64,000 nucleotides of DNA. Origin: Candidatus Levyibacteriota bacterium (lineage in GTDB: Bacteria > Patescibacteriota > Microgenomatia > Levybacterales > UBA12049). Shown in pieces: positions 41,304-51,130 of the stretch. The notes under the pieces were generated by a model. It saw only the letters and a program-made list of their open reading frames with translations, did not search any database and was not told the origin of the DNA. Where the stretch lies: assembly GCA_016204465.1 (NCBI GenBank), contig JACQKQ010000012.1, forward strand, positions 16,769 through 80,768. The letters are read 5' to 3'. The translations under genes were made by a program, and so were the position numbers. The first letter of the stretch is position 1. Every line of letters begins with the position of its first letter.

Positions 41304-42569
41304 ATGACAGTAACGGATCAAGATCTCATTACGCTTGAGAAGAAGCTTCTTGAAAGAGAGGAGAAAATTGACCGCGAGAGAGATCAGCTTGAAAAAGAAA
41401 GAGAACATCTACAAGACTTAAAAGAAGACTACCGCAATAAACTGCAGGATGTATCGGGTTTAACAACTGACGAAGCAAAGCAAGAGCTTCTTGCCGAAGT
41501 AGAAGCGCAGGAGGCAAAAGTGATTGCGCGCATTATTAAAGAGCGAGAGGAAGAAGCAAAACGCACAGCAGACAAAAAAGCACAAGAGATTCTGTTGGAT
41601 AGCCTCAAGCACGGCGCGCTTAATTATATTGCGGAATATACTGTTTCAACCGTAAAAGTTGCCGATGAAGACATGAAGGGCCGTATTATTGGCAAAGAAG
41701 GTCGCAACATCCGGGCATTCGAGCAGGCAACAGGTGTTGACGTTGATTTAGACGAAGAGGGTATTATTCGGATTTCATCGTTTGACCAAGTTCGCCGCGA
41801 AATTGCAAGGCGTGCGCTTGAGACGCTGCTTAAAGATAACCGTATCCAGCCGTTTCGGATAGAAGAAGTTGTCGAACAGACCAAAAAAGAAGTTGAAAAA
41901 ATTATGCTGGAGGAAGGTGAAAAGTTGGCACACGAAGCAGGAGCTTACAACATACCAGCAGAGCTTTTATCAATACTTGGTCGTTTTAAGTTTCGTACAT
42001 CTTATGGTCAGAATTTGATCGTTCACACCCTTGAAGAAACAAAAATTGGTGTGCATATTGCTAAGGAGATTGGTGCGGATGCAAATATAGTGCGTCTAGG
42101 TTGCTTGTTCCACGACATTGGCAAAGTTATCGAGGGTGAGGGAAGCCATGTAAAACTTGGCGTTGATCTTTTGAAGCGATTTAATATTCCAGAGCCAATT
42201 GTCAACTGTGTTGCAGAGCATCACGAAGATAAGCCTTTCTCATCTGTTGAGTCAGTTATTGTTGCGATTGCCGATGCAATTTCTGGCGCCCGGCCGGGTG
42301 CTCGATACGAGGATTTTGAAGAGTACGCAAAACGCTTAACCGAAATGGAAAAAATTGCAAAAAAGCACGAAGGCGTTGAAGATGCATACGCGTTTGAGGC
42401 CGGACGCGAGCTTCGGGTAATTATTAACCCGGGCAAACTCGACGATGCGCAGACAACGCTTGTTGCACACAAAATTCGAGAAGAGGTAAGCAGAAGTTTA
42501 GCTGTCCCCGGCGAGGTAAAAGTAACTGCAATTCGCGAATTCCGCGCCGTATCTACAGAATCTAACTAG
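41304..42569 (+). CDS. rny: Ribonuclease Y
   Basis: Coiled coil, KH domain KGRIIGKEGRNI, HDIGK, DAISGARPGAR. Confidence 0.96.
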   Translation: MTVTDQDLITLEKKLLEREEKIDRERDQLEKEREHLQDLKEDYRNKLQDVSGLTTDEAKQELLAEVEAQEAKVIARIIKEREEEAKRTADKKAQEILLDSLKHGALNYIAEYTVSTVKVADEDMKGRIIGKEGRNIRAFEQATGVDVDLDEEGIIRISSFDQVRREIARRALETLLKDNRIQPFRIEEVVEQTKKEVEKIMLEEGEKLAHEAGAYNIPAELLSILGRFKFRTSYGQNLIVHTLEETKIGVHIAKEIGADANIVRLGCLFHDIGKVIEGEGSHVKLGVDLLKRFNIPEPIVNCVAEHHEDKPFSSVESVIVAIADAISGARPGARYEDFEEYAKRLTEMEKIAKKHEGVEDAYAFEAGRELRVIINPGKLDDAQTTLVAHKIREEVSRSLAVPGEVKVTAIREFRAVSTESN

Positions 42570-42656
42570 TCCTTTTTGATTTTGCTATCTTGACAACCTA
42601 TTTAATTCTCTGTATTTTTATTGTGAATCTTCTGCCCAGAAGGTGGTGAAAAAATC

Positions 42657-42929
42657 TTGACAAAAAGAGACCTCATTCAACTCGTCGCAAAGAAAGCAAA
42701 CCTTACGAATAAAGCAGCAAGCGACTCGGTCACCGCCTTTTTGAATGCAGTCCGTGATTCACTCAAAAGAGGAGAAAAGGTTGTAATCACCGGATTTGGC
42801 ACATTTAGCGTTCGACAACGGGCGACACGGCCAGGACGCAATCCAAAAACAGGGGAGCGGATTACGATTGCTGCTCGCAAAGCACCTGGATTTACGCCAG
42901 GGAAAACACTTAAGAAAATCGTTCGGTAA
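42657..42929 (+). CDS. hup: HU family DNA-binding protein (TTG start)
   Basis: GFGTF, GRNPKTGE; TTGACA upstream. Confidence 0.95.
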   Translation: MTKRDLIQLVAKKANLTNKAASDSVTAFLNAVRDSLKRGEKVVITGFGTFSVRQRATRPGRNPKTGERITIAARKAPGFTPGKTLKKIVR

Positions 42930-42930
42930 G

Positions 42931-43072
42931 ACGCGAATACACACGAATTTTGCTTACTGTTTTCTTATTCGTGATAATTCGCATTGTGAGTACAGCTTAT
43001 AAAATCAATTCCAGCATGCGAATTTATGCGAATATTATATAATAGCATTGCTGATTCGTGTGAATTCGTATT
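42931..43072. repeat. Two decamer-periodic CGAAT/ATTCG hairpins
   Basis: ACGCGAATAC ACACGAATTT..ATTCGTGATA ATTCGC; ATGCGAATTT ATGCGAAT..ATTCGTGTGA ATTCGTAT. Confidence 0.8.
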
Positions 43073-44047
43073 ATGGCAGTCATTTCTGTTTCACATTTAC
43101 AAAAATACTACCAATTACACCAAAAAGAACCAGGATTTTCCGGTTCAGTAAAGTCTTTGTTTTACCGCAAGTATTACGATGCAAAAGCGGTTAATGATAT
43201 CTCATTTGCAATTGAGGAGGGCGAACTTGTTGGATTTATTGGGCCAAACGGTGCCGGGAAAACAACAACGCTTAAGTGTCTCTCCGGGCTTCTCTATCCA
43301 ACAAGCGGCAACGTTTTCGTTCTGGGATACACGCCATTTGATAGAAATAATGCATTCCTTAAGCAAATATCCCTTGTCATGGGGCAGAAAAACCAACTCT
43401 GGTGGGACTTGCCTGCGATGGAATCATTTTTGCTCAATAAGGAAATCTACGAAATTTCAGATGCTCAATTTAAAAAAACACTTAAGGAACTCACCGAGCT
43501 TTTAGATATTTCAGACGTTCTCAATGTGCAAGTTCGAAAACTCTCTTTGGGACAGCGGATGAAATGCGAGCTTATAGCTGCGCTTATTCATAGTCCAAAA
43601 GTATTATTTTTAGATGAGCCAACCATTGGTCTTGATGTCGTTATGCAAAAAAACCTTCGCGATTTTATCCGCTCGTACAATCAAAAATACAAGGCTACTA
43701 TTTTACTCACAAGCCATTACATGCAGGATGTACGCGAGCTTTGTAAACGAGTCATTATCATAGACCATGGAAAAATTCTTTACGACGGATTATTATCTGA
43801 TATTGTCAAACGGTATACAAAAAATAAGTTTCTGACAATTGAGCTTGAGGAAGATATTGGAAGAGAAAAACTTGAGAAACTTGGAAAAGTAACAAATTAC
43901 CAATTTCCCAAAGTTTCTCTTGCAGTGCCCAAAGCATTGTCAAATAAAATCGCAGCGACATTGCTTGACTCATTTCCAGTCACAGACCTTAACATAGAAG
44001 AGCCGCAGATTGAAGCAATCATTCGCGACGTCTTTTCGAAACAATGA
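43073..44047 (+). CDS. ABC-2 transporter ATP-binding subunit
   Basis: GPNGAGKTT, LSLGQ, LDEPT. Confidence 0.95.
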   Translation: MAVISVSHLQKYYQLHQKEPGFSGSVKSLFYRKYYDAKAVNDISFAIEEGELVGFIGPNGAGKTTTLKCLSGLLYPTSGNVFVLGYTPFDRNNAFLKQISLVMGQKNQLWWDLPAMESFLLNKEIYEISDAQFKKTLKELTELLDISDVLNVQVRKLSLGQRMKCELIAALIHSPKVLFLDEPTIGLDVVMQKNLRDFIRSYNQKYKATILLTSHYMQDVRELCKRVIIIDHGKILYDGLLSDIVKRYTKNKFLTIELEEDIGREKLEKLGKVTNYQFPKVSLAVPKALSNKIAATLLDSFPVTDLNIEEPQIEAIIRDVFSKQ

Positions 44048-44838
44048 AAAAATATCTTCGGGTTTTAAGCAACACATGGGAAGAAATGGTAACCTACAGG
44101 CTTAATTTTGTAATGTGGCGAGTGCGTACCGTTTTGCAGTTTCTAACAATGTACTTTTTGTGGTTGGCGCTTATCCCCAAAGGCACAATACTTTTTGGCT
44201 ATTCCCAAACACTTATGCTTACGTACATTTTAGGAACATCAATTTTAAGCGCAGTGGTTTTGTCAACCCGAACCCATGAGATTGGCGAGCATATTTACAG
44301 GGGAGATTTGTCAATTTTCTTGATTCGACCTATAAATTATTTTTTGTATTGGTTCTCACGAGACGTCGGCGATAAACTGTTTAATATCTCCTTTTCTGTT
44401 GTTGAAATAATGATTCTGCTTTTTCTGTTAAAACCACCGATATTTTTACAAACAGAGATTATATTTATTGCTCTTGCTATTTTAGCCACAGCATTGGCAG
44501 TGGTACTCTATTTTTTGTTCGGAGCAATACTTGGGATGCTTGGCTTTTGGAGCCCGGATGTGTGGGCGCCGAGGTTTATCCTTTTTATTTTGCTGCAATT
44601 TTTCGCCGGTTCGTTATTTCCACTAGACATCTTGCCAAAATCACTCTACGAAGCATTTCAGCTTACACCCTTCCCGTATTTGCTCTATTTCCCGCTAAAA
44701 ATCTACCTGGGACAGCTTCCTTTTTCTACTATCTCCACCGGCTTTTTAATCGATGTGATTTGGATTTTGATCATTGCACTTTTTTTGCAATTTATATGGC
44801 ATAAGGGACTTCGGTTATACACTGCTGTTGGAAGATAG
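44044..44838 (+). CDS. ABC-2 family permease
   Basis: About 6 TM; G.L..FL.RP; FPLD. Confidence 0.88.
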   Translation: MKKYLRVLSNTWEEMVTYRLNFVMWRVRTVLQFLTMYFLWLALIPKGTILFGYSQTLMLTYILGTSILSAVVLSTRTHEIGEHIYRGDLSIFLIRPINYFLYWFSRDVGDKLFNISFSVVEIMILLFLLKPPIFLQTEIIFIALAILATALAVVLYFLFGAILGMLGFWSPDVWAPRFILFILLQFFAGSLFPLDILPKSLYEAFQLTPFPYLLYFPLKIYLGQLPFSTISTGFLIDVIWILIIALFLQFIWHKGLRLYTAVGR

Positions 44839-44839
44839 C

Positions 44840-45622
44840 ATGAAACGGTATTTTGTTATTTGGCTTAAGCTTACCGGCATTACAACACAAATTGCGTTTC
44901 AGTCGCGGTTTGGCGCAATTGTGTTTTTGCTTGGGAAAATCCTGCGTTTTGCGTTTTTTCTCTTCTTTTTGGTTCTTGTTACGCAAAAAACACAGCTTAT
45001 TGCTGGCTACACCACATGGCAAATACTTTTTTTCTACGCAACGTTTAACCTTATTGATACGCTGCCACAGTTTTTCCTGCGTGAAGTGTACCGGTTTCGC
45101 TGGCAGGTAGTTTCGGGGCATTTTGACACAATTCTTACACGGCCAATCTCTCCACTTTTTAGAAGTCTTTTTGGTGGAAGTGATGTGCTTGATATTTCGA
45201 TACTCTTTCTCTCGATCATTTTTATCTTTATCGCCGGATCGCACATTGGTCAAATCACCGGCATACAAATCCTGTTGTATATAATGCTTATCATCAATGC
45301 GTTCATCATCGCGCTTGCGTTCCATATTACTGTGTTGGGCATGGGTATTCTCACCACCGAAGTTGATAATACAATCATGCTATATAGGGATTTAACGCAG
45401 ATGGGGAGAGTGCCGATTGATGTCTACTTGGAGCCGCTTCGGGGGCTTATTACCTTTATTATTCCAGTTGGCATCATGATGACATTTCCGGTAAAAGCGA
45501 TGATGGGGTTGCTCTCGCCCGAGACTATTGTGATCTCTTTTGCTATTGCGGCAGTGTTTTTGCTCTTAAGCCTTCAGTTTTGGAACTATTCCCTCAAACA
45601 CTACGCCAGCGCGAGTAGCTAA
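44840..45622 (+). CDS. ABC-2 family permease
   Basis: About 6 TM; G.FD.ILTRP. Confidence 0.88.
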   Translation: MKRYFVIWLKLTGITTQIAFQSRFGAIVFLLGKILRFAFFLFFLVLVTQKTQLIAGYTTWQILFFYATFNLIDTLPQFFLREVYRFRWQVVSGHFDTILTRPISPLFRSLFGGSDVLDISILFLSIIFIFIAGSHIGQITGIQILLYIMLIINAFIIALAFHITVLGMGILTTEVDNTIMLYRDLTQMGRVPIDVYLEPLRGLITFIIPVGIMMTFPVKAMMGLLSPETIVISFAIAAVFLLLSLQFWNYSLKHYASASS

Positions 45623-45633
45623 TAAACAAAAAG

Positions 45634-46036
45634 TGTCCTAGGAAGCGAGTAAGCCAGATTCTGTTTTGCAACCGCAATCTCTCTCAATGTGATGTTTTTC
45701 GCTCACACCGCCCGCCTTTTACGGCGAGGTGCCCTCATGCCTTGACACTCTCGTAAAGTAGATGTTCGTCCGCCTTGACTTGCGCTTCGGCGAGACGAGC
45801 GTGTCGCTCGGAGGTTGCAGCGGGTAGGATTGCCCGTTTCACTCCCACTCGTCTCTGTTGCTCTCAGGTCCTGTTATTTCAGAACTTGTTCGCAGCTTCA
45901 CATGTGGGTAAAAAGCTGCGACACTAGGGCTTTCGCTTCGGAGCTTATGCTCCGTCCCCGACTTTACACCTGTCTGGACTTTCCTCCCTCCTTCGCACAA
46001 AGCTACGGAAGGGAAGCGGTCCTGCTTCCCAGGACA
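45634..46036 (-). ncRNA. rnpB: RNase P RNA
   Basis: Minus strand GAGGAAAGTCC near 5' end and ACAGAATCTGGCTTA near 3' end; terminal P1 stem TGTCCTGGGAAGC/GCTTCCTAGGACA. Confidence 0.93.
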
Positions 46037-46094
46037 TTAGCATTCTATCAAAACAACTGCTAGCTGTCAACCTTAGTATGATATACTAAACGTT

Positions 46095-46682
46095 ATGCCA
46101 GAGGCTAAAAAACAGCATCCTCCTCATATACCAGGACTCCGGTGTTTTGAATGTGGGCAGATTGAACCAATTCGTGTTTCCGAAACTCCAGAAGAGCTTA
46201 AAAATATCTCTTCAAGCAACTGCGAAAAGATTCCTACTGAAAAACTTCGTGATGTATCAGCAGTGACGCTAAAAAATGGAGAAACTATCCTCCCGCGACT
46301 TCAGGATGGTAAGGATAACTGTGGGCAAACTGCATTGTCTATGTTAGGGTACGATAAGCAAGAAATTGAAACAATCATTCAAGGAGAAGAAAGACTTAGC
46401 ACGCATCATGTGTATCTCGGACTTCCCAAAGCAAAATGGATTAAGGAAGCACAGCCGGAATCAACGGCAGATGTTATGCTTTCGTTAGTGAAAATGAAGA
46501 CAGGGAGCAATCATTGGATACTTGACGTGCTTGGTCGGGATGATAAAAGACAGGTAATATGTCCAGCAAATGGCGTTTTGAGCGCAGAAGAGTATTTTAC
46601 GCAAAGAGCAGATGCAGTTCTCTTTGAATTTGCAGTTCCTTTGCGGTCGCAGGTTGGTTTGCAAATGCAACGCGACGCGTAG
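46095..46682 (+). CDS. Hypothetical protein, possible C39/papain-like peptidase fold
   Basis: Q...NCGQTALSML, HWI; N-terminal CFEC. Confidence 0.5.
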   Translation: MPEAKKQHPPHIPGLRCFECGQIEPIRVSETPEELKNISSSNCEKIPTEKLRDVSAVTLKNGETILPRLQDGKDNCGQTALSMLGYDKQEIETIIQGEERLSTHHVYLGLPKAKWIKEAQPESTADVMLSLVKMKTGSNHWILDVLGRDDKRQVICPANGVLSAEEYFTQRADAVLFEFAVPLRSQVGLQMQRDA

Positions 46683-46708
46683 TTAATTTGTTGTTTGACA
46701 GAGCCGCG

Positions 46709-49660
46709 TCAAACGCGGCAAAGCATTTTGTATTCACAATCGCGGCAGAAGATGCCGCTAGAACATGCAAAATCACTTTTTTCAATTTCTTCAACCTTCT
46801 TAAAGATTACTTCTTTTGCCGCTTCAAGCTGCTCACGTGTTCGTGTGGTGCTTATTTTCTTATCTTCTTCAATGTAATACAACGAGAGTGTGACATCATC
46901 AGGATTTCTGTTAAAAAGCGTGTCGTTTACGTTTGCTGCTGCAAGTGCGTACATGGTTAACTGTAAATTGTCAACAAGATCACCTTCATCTGGGATATTG
47001 CTGCCGGTTTTATAGTCAATAATTTCAATTGTGTTTTCGCCGACTTTATCAACCCTGTCAATCCGTCCTGCAAGTTTGAGACTTCGTTTGCGCAAGGCTC
47101 GATCAGTAACGTAAAATTGGAATGGCACTTCAACGCCAATTGGGTACCTGCCATGTTCCAAATGGCTGTGTTTGTCAAAATACTGGGCAAGGATTTCTTG
47201 TGCGCGCTGTCTTGCCTGGCTTTGGTGCGCTTTACTTGTGTATCCTTCATCAACCCAGCGATTTTCAAGAAATTTTAGTAGATCATTCTTTGTCGGTTTC
47301 CTGCCCGCGATTACCTCTTGATAAAAATCTTTGAGCGTCAAGTGGATACTTGAGCCAAAGCTTAACGCCGCTATCGGCTGGGGAGGAATTTTAAGAATGT
47401 ATCGAAGTTTATAGTGTAAGGGACAAAGGTCAAAACATTGTATCTGCGAAAATGAGAGGTAAGTGATGGGAACAGAGGTTTGAGGCTTGAGGTTAGAGGT
47501 TAGCTTTGATTGTCGTTCTGCCCAGTCCAAAAGCGATGGTTGGACAACGGCGCTTTGGGCTTTTTGTCTCAAGATTGCATCGTTTACTGCTTTCTCACCA
47601 AGCGCCTCGTAGACAAACGGCGAGATTTTTCGCTCCCGTTTTCCCTCTCCGTAAAAATTTGCAGCGGTAAAAAAGAGATAGTCGCAAGACCTTGTCATGC
47701 CAACGTAGAAAAGCCGTCGTTCCTCTTGCATATGGAAGTCGCCTTCGGGCAAAATCTCTTTAATAAGCTCTTGTGGAATAGGAATTTGCTCTTTGCGCTC
47801 GCGTGTTGGAAAGCGCTGTGAAACCAAATTGACTAAAAACACGATAGGAAACTCAAGGCCTTTGCTTGCATGGATTGTCAGAATATTCACCGCATTGTTT
47901 TCGTTCCAGTCCATGTCTGTTGCAAGTGGGCTTTCTCCCATTTGCATAGAAAGGTCAATCCAATCAACAACTGCAAATACACTCGCATCTTCGTGTTCTG
48001 CCTCATACGATTTGAGTTTTTCAAAAAACTTTGCGATGTTTTGGTAGCGCTTCATTTCGTATTCGCTTTTAGGCTCAAGAAACTTTTTAAGAAGACCAGA
48101 GTCCTGCAGAAAGTAGTACAAAATTTGTCCGGCTGTCTCTTTTGGAACAAGGTTAAGATGGCGCTTGAGCATACTGTAGATTTTTTGCAGTTCTTCAATA
48201 GTTTTCTCGTGGATTGGGAGAGAATCTGCGACCCTTTTTTGCACAACTTTTTCCAGCGCTTCAAAAAGCGTAAGGTTTTTACGCCTGGCAAGATTAAGTA
48301 GTGCCGCGATGTCGCGCATCTCAAGCAAAAACACTGGCATGGTAAGCACTCGATAAAGCGACGTTGTATCCTCGAAACTATAAAGGACCTTTAAGTAAGC
48401 AATTAGGTCTTTTATTTCGTCTTGATGAAACAGTTTTCCTGGTCCTAAAAATTGGAATGGAATATTATGCCTTAATAGCGCTCGTACAAACGCTTGCGCA
48501 TGGTCGTTTGCACGAATAAGAATTGCAATATCTTTATATTCATACTGTTTTTTTGCCAAAAGTAATTGAATTTTTTTGGCAACGCAATCAGCCTCATCCT
48601 CAACTCGCGTTCCCCACAAGAGTTCAATTTCTTTTCCTTTCACTTTTCGCATCGCTCTAAGCTTTTTTACAACCTTCTCTTTTACTTCGAGCCTATCAGG
48701 ATTATTGTGTTGTATTAAAGTATATGCGCTGTCTAATATTTCTTGCGTTGAGCGGTAATTTCCTGTAAGCGCTATGATTTTAGTATCTGGAAATTGTTTA
48801 CGAAATTGGATAATGTTGGAAATTGCGGCACCTCGCCAGCGGTAGATTGCCTGGTCGTCATCGCCAACAACAGTAATGTTTTTTCGCTTACCGGTAAGGA
48901 GTACAGCTAACTGATTTTGTGCAAAGTTAGTATCTTGGAATTCGTCAACAAGTATATAGTGAAATTGCTCTTGGTACTGGCGCAAGATATTTTTTCGCTC
49001 TCGGAAAAGCTTTAATGTGTTCGTTATTAGATCGGAAAAATCCATAACACCCTCTCGCGCTTTCAGCTCCTCATATTTTAGGTACATATTCGCTAATTCC
49101 AGCGTCTTTTTTGCTTCAATCTTATCAGCGTCTAGCGATAAGCGTTTAGCGTTTAGTTTTGCAGCATATTTTAGATAATCAGTAGGGCTCACATCTTCAT
49201 CTGCAAGCCGGCTAAAGTGCTGGAGGAGGCCTTCTAAAAATTTATTCGGGTTACCAAGCGGCCGAAAGTAGTCAAGCTTGAAAGCAAAAATATTTTTGCG
49301 CAAAAACATAACTGTTTCTGCTTCGGTCATAAGCTTATACGAGGGGTTAAGGCCAATATGAATTGCCTCTGTGCGCAAGATTCGATCGCAAAATGCATGG
49401 AACGTTGCAATCCACATCTGCGTGTAGCCATACGGCATTGCAATATCAACGCGCTCTTCCATTTCACGGGCTGCTTTATCAGTAAAAGTGAGGGCTAAAA
49501 TTTGCGAATGGTGAATATTCTTTTTAAGAATAAGGTGCTTTATGCGTTCTGTAACAACTGTTGTTTTGCCTGTACCAGCGCCGGCAATGATAATAAGCGG
49601 ACCTTCACCGTGGGTTACCGCATCGTGTTGCGCATCATTAAGAATTATAGCCTGCGGCAT
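46709..49660 (-). CDS. UvrD/PcrA-type helicase fused to C-terminal PD-(D/E)XK nuclease
   Basis: AGAGTGKT, VDEFQDTN, TIHASKGLEF, EERRLFYV; GRIDRVD, IDYKTG, Cys cluster. Confidence 0.95.
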   Translation of the reverse strand: MPQAIILNDAQHDAVTHGEGPLIIIAGAGTGKTTVVTERIKHLILKKNIHHSQILALTFTDKAAREMEERVDIAMPYGYTQMWIATFHAFCDRILRTEAIHIGLNPSYKLMTEAETVMFLRKNIFAFKLDYFRPLGNPNKFLEGLLQHFSRLADEDVSPTDYLKYAAKLNAKRLSLDADKIEAKKTLELANMYLKYEELKAREGVMDFSDLITNTLKLFRERKNILRQYQEQFHYILVDEFQDTNFAQNQLAVLLTGKRKNITVVGDDDQAIYRWRGAAISNIIQFRKQFPDTKIIALTGNYRSTQEILDSAYTLIQHNNPDRLEVKEKVVKKLRAMRKVKGKEIELLWGTRVEDEADCVAKKIQLLLAKKQYEYKDIAILIRANDHAQAFVRALLRHNIPFQFLGPGKLFHQDEIKDLIAYLKVLYSFEDTTSLYRVLTMPVFLLEMRDIAALLNLARRKNLTLFEALEKVVQKRVADSLPIHEKTIEELQKIYSMLKRHLNLVPKETAGQILYYFLQDSGLLKKFLEPKSEYEMKRYQNIAKFFEKLKSYEAEHEDASVFAVVDWIDLSMQMGESPLATDMDWNENNAVNILTIHASKGLEFPIVFLVNLVSQRFPTRERKEQIPIPQELIKEILPEGDFHMQEERRLFYVGMTRSCDYLFFTAANFYGEGKRERKISPFVYEALGEKAVNDAILRQKAQSAVVQPSLLDWAERQSKLTSNLKPQTSVPITYLSFSQIQCFDLCPLHYKLRYILKIPPQPIAALSFGSSIHLTLKDFYQEVIAGRKPTKNDLLKFLENRWVDEGYTSKAHQSQARQRAQEILAQYFDKHSHLEHGRYPIGVEVPFQFYVTDRALRKRSLKLAGRIDRVDKVGENTIEIIDYKTGSNIPDEGDLVDNLQLTMYALAAANVNDTLFNRNPDDVTLSLYYIEEDKKISTTRTREQLEAAKEVIFKKVEEIEKSDFACSSGIFCRDCEYKMLCRV

Positions 49661-49683
49661 GCAGCTATTTTAGCACACTTCTT

Positions 49684-50094
49684 TCACTCTACCACTACCG
49701 TTCCGGTTCTCTCTGGACCTAGATGGTTGTGGTATAGGTACTTACCAGGCTTATCAAACACCAGTTCTAAAGATTCATTGTTTGCAAACTGTCCTAGATT
49801 GAGTGGAAGATAGACACGGTGGGCTGGATGGTCGGCAGAATCAACGGTTGCAAGCTCACCGCTTTTATTTGTCCACTTCACTTTTGTTCCCGTTTTGACA
49901 GTAACTGTTTTTGGTAAGAAACTAGCGTTTGTTAGGGTTATGGTAGTGACGTTTTGTGTGTCTTTAGCGTTTGTCGGTGCAGTTTGAACGGGAATTGGCG
50001 TGTTTTGTTTTGGCGCCGATGAATTACCAAGAATCAATACTGCTCCGATAATAAGGATAAGAGCTAAAAAACCTAGTGCTAATTTATTCCCCAT
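49684..50094 (-). CDS. Exported cupredoxin-like protein
   Basis: Signal/TM; F.P.TVTVK.G..V.WTN; PG.Y.YHNH; canonical Cu-site Cys absent. Confidence 0.75.
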   Translation of the reverse strand: MGNKLALGFLALILIIGAVLILGNSSAPKQNTPIPVQTAPTNAKDTQNVTTITLTNASFLPKTVTVKTGTKVKWTNKSGELATVDSADHPAHRVYLPLNLGQFANNESLELVFDKPGKYLYHNHLGPERTGTVVVE

Positions 50095-51112
50095 GTGTTT
50101 CACCTCCTTTCTTTACTTCTAAATGGCGAGTCGTTTGCAGCTTATGCCCCATTTGCAGGAAAACGGTTGATACATTGCTAAATTGAGAGGTTGCATTTGT
50201 GAGGTGTTTTCCAAGTGTTGCTAAATTTTCCTGGACCTTTTCGTAGTCAATCGTAAGCGATCTAAGCACGCGAAACACTTCACGGGACTGCGTTTCTATT
50301 TTTCTTCCTTCAAACGACAAGAGAATGGTTTGCAAATGGGCGTAAAGCGTGCTTGGACAAACAACATAGACGCGGTTTCTCTTGGCATAGTCCATGAGTT
50401 CTGGAATATTTACCACTTCGTAATAAACTGATTCGCTTGGCACATACATAAGGGCAAAATCCATAGTTCCTTCATCGGGAAGCACGTATTTTTTGGCGAT
50501 TGCGTCAATGTGTTTTTTAATATCCCGCACAAATTCTTTCTGCAAAGCAGCATAATCTTGATTATGTTCGCCTATTTTCATCATTCGCTGAAAATTTTCC
50601 ATAGGGAATTTTGCATCAATTGGTAAAATGCCGGCATCGGTTTTTATTGCCGCGTCAACCCGATCACCGGACTTGAATTGGTATTGAAGGTTGAAGCTAT
50701 TTTTTGGAAACATTTGCGAAATGAGGTCTTTTAAAACATGCTCGCCAATGTTGCCGCGAATCTTTGGGCTTTTTAAAAACTCCTGCAAATCTTTCATGCT
50801 GCGGCCAATTTCGCTCATTTGGCCAACTTCTTTTCCAACTTCCCGAATCACCATTGCCGCGCGGTCCAACCGTTCATTTAGATGTTTCGTATTCTCTTGC
50901 AATACTTTTGTCATGTCGGTTGAGGAGCTGCGCATTGCTTCGTTGAGTGTTCTATTTGTTATTTCAAGTGACGATTGCATGCTCTTGAGCCACTCCAAAA
51001 GCGTGCCGTTGTCTTTTTGGTTATTCATCTGTGCTATTTTTCGATTAAGGAGAAAAAAGAGGAGCAAAAATCCGGCGATAATGAGCAAAATAAGGGGCAG
51101 CTGACTTTCCAT
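50084..51112 (-). CDS. rmuC: DNA recombination protein RmuC
   Basis: N-terminal TM, RGNIGE, PIDAKFP, DFALMYVPSE. Confidence 0.92.
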   Translation of the reverse strand: MESQLPLILLIIAGFLLLFFLLNRKIAQMNNQKDNGTLLEWLKSMQSSLEITNRTLNEAMRSSSTDMTKVLQENTKHLNERLDRAAMVIREVGKEVGQMSEIGRSMKDLQEFLKSPKIRGNIGEHVLKDLISQMFPKNSFNLQYQFKSGDRVDAAIKTDAGILPIDAKFPMENFQRMMKIGEHNQDYAALQKEFVRDIKKHIDAIAKKYVLPDEGTMDFALMYVPSESVYYEVVNIPELMDYAKRNRVYVVCPSTLYAHLQTILLSFEGRKIETQSREVFRVLRSLTIDYEKVQENLATLGKHLTNATSQFSNVSTVFLQMGHKLQTTRHLEVKKGGETHGE

Positions 51113-51130
51113 GGGGATTATTATAACACG

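Noticed and set aside
45815..46063. 82-aa ORF
   Set aside because: Antisense to the RNase P RNA.
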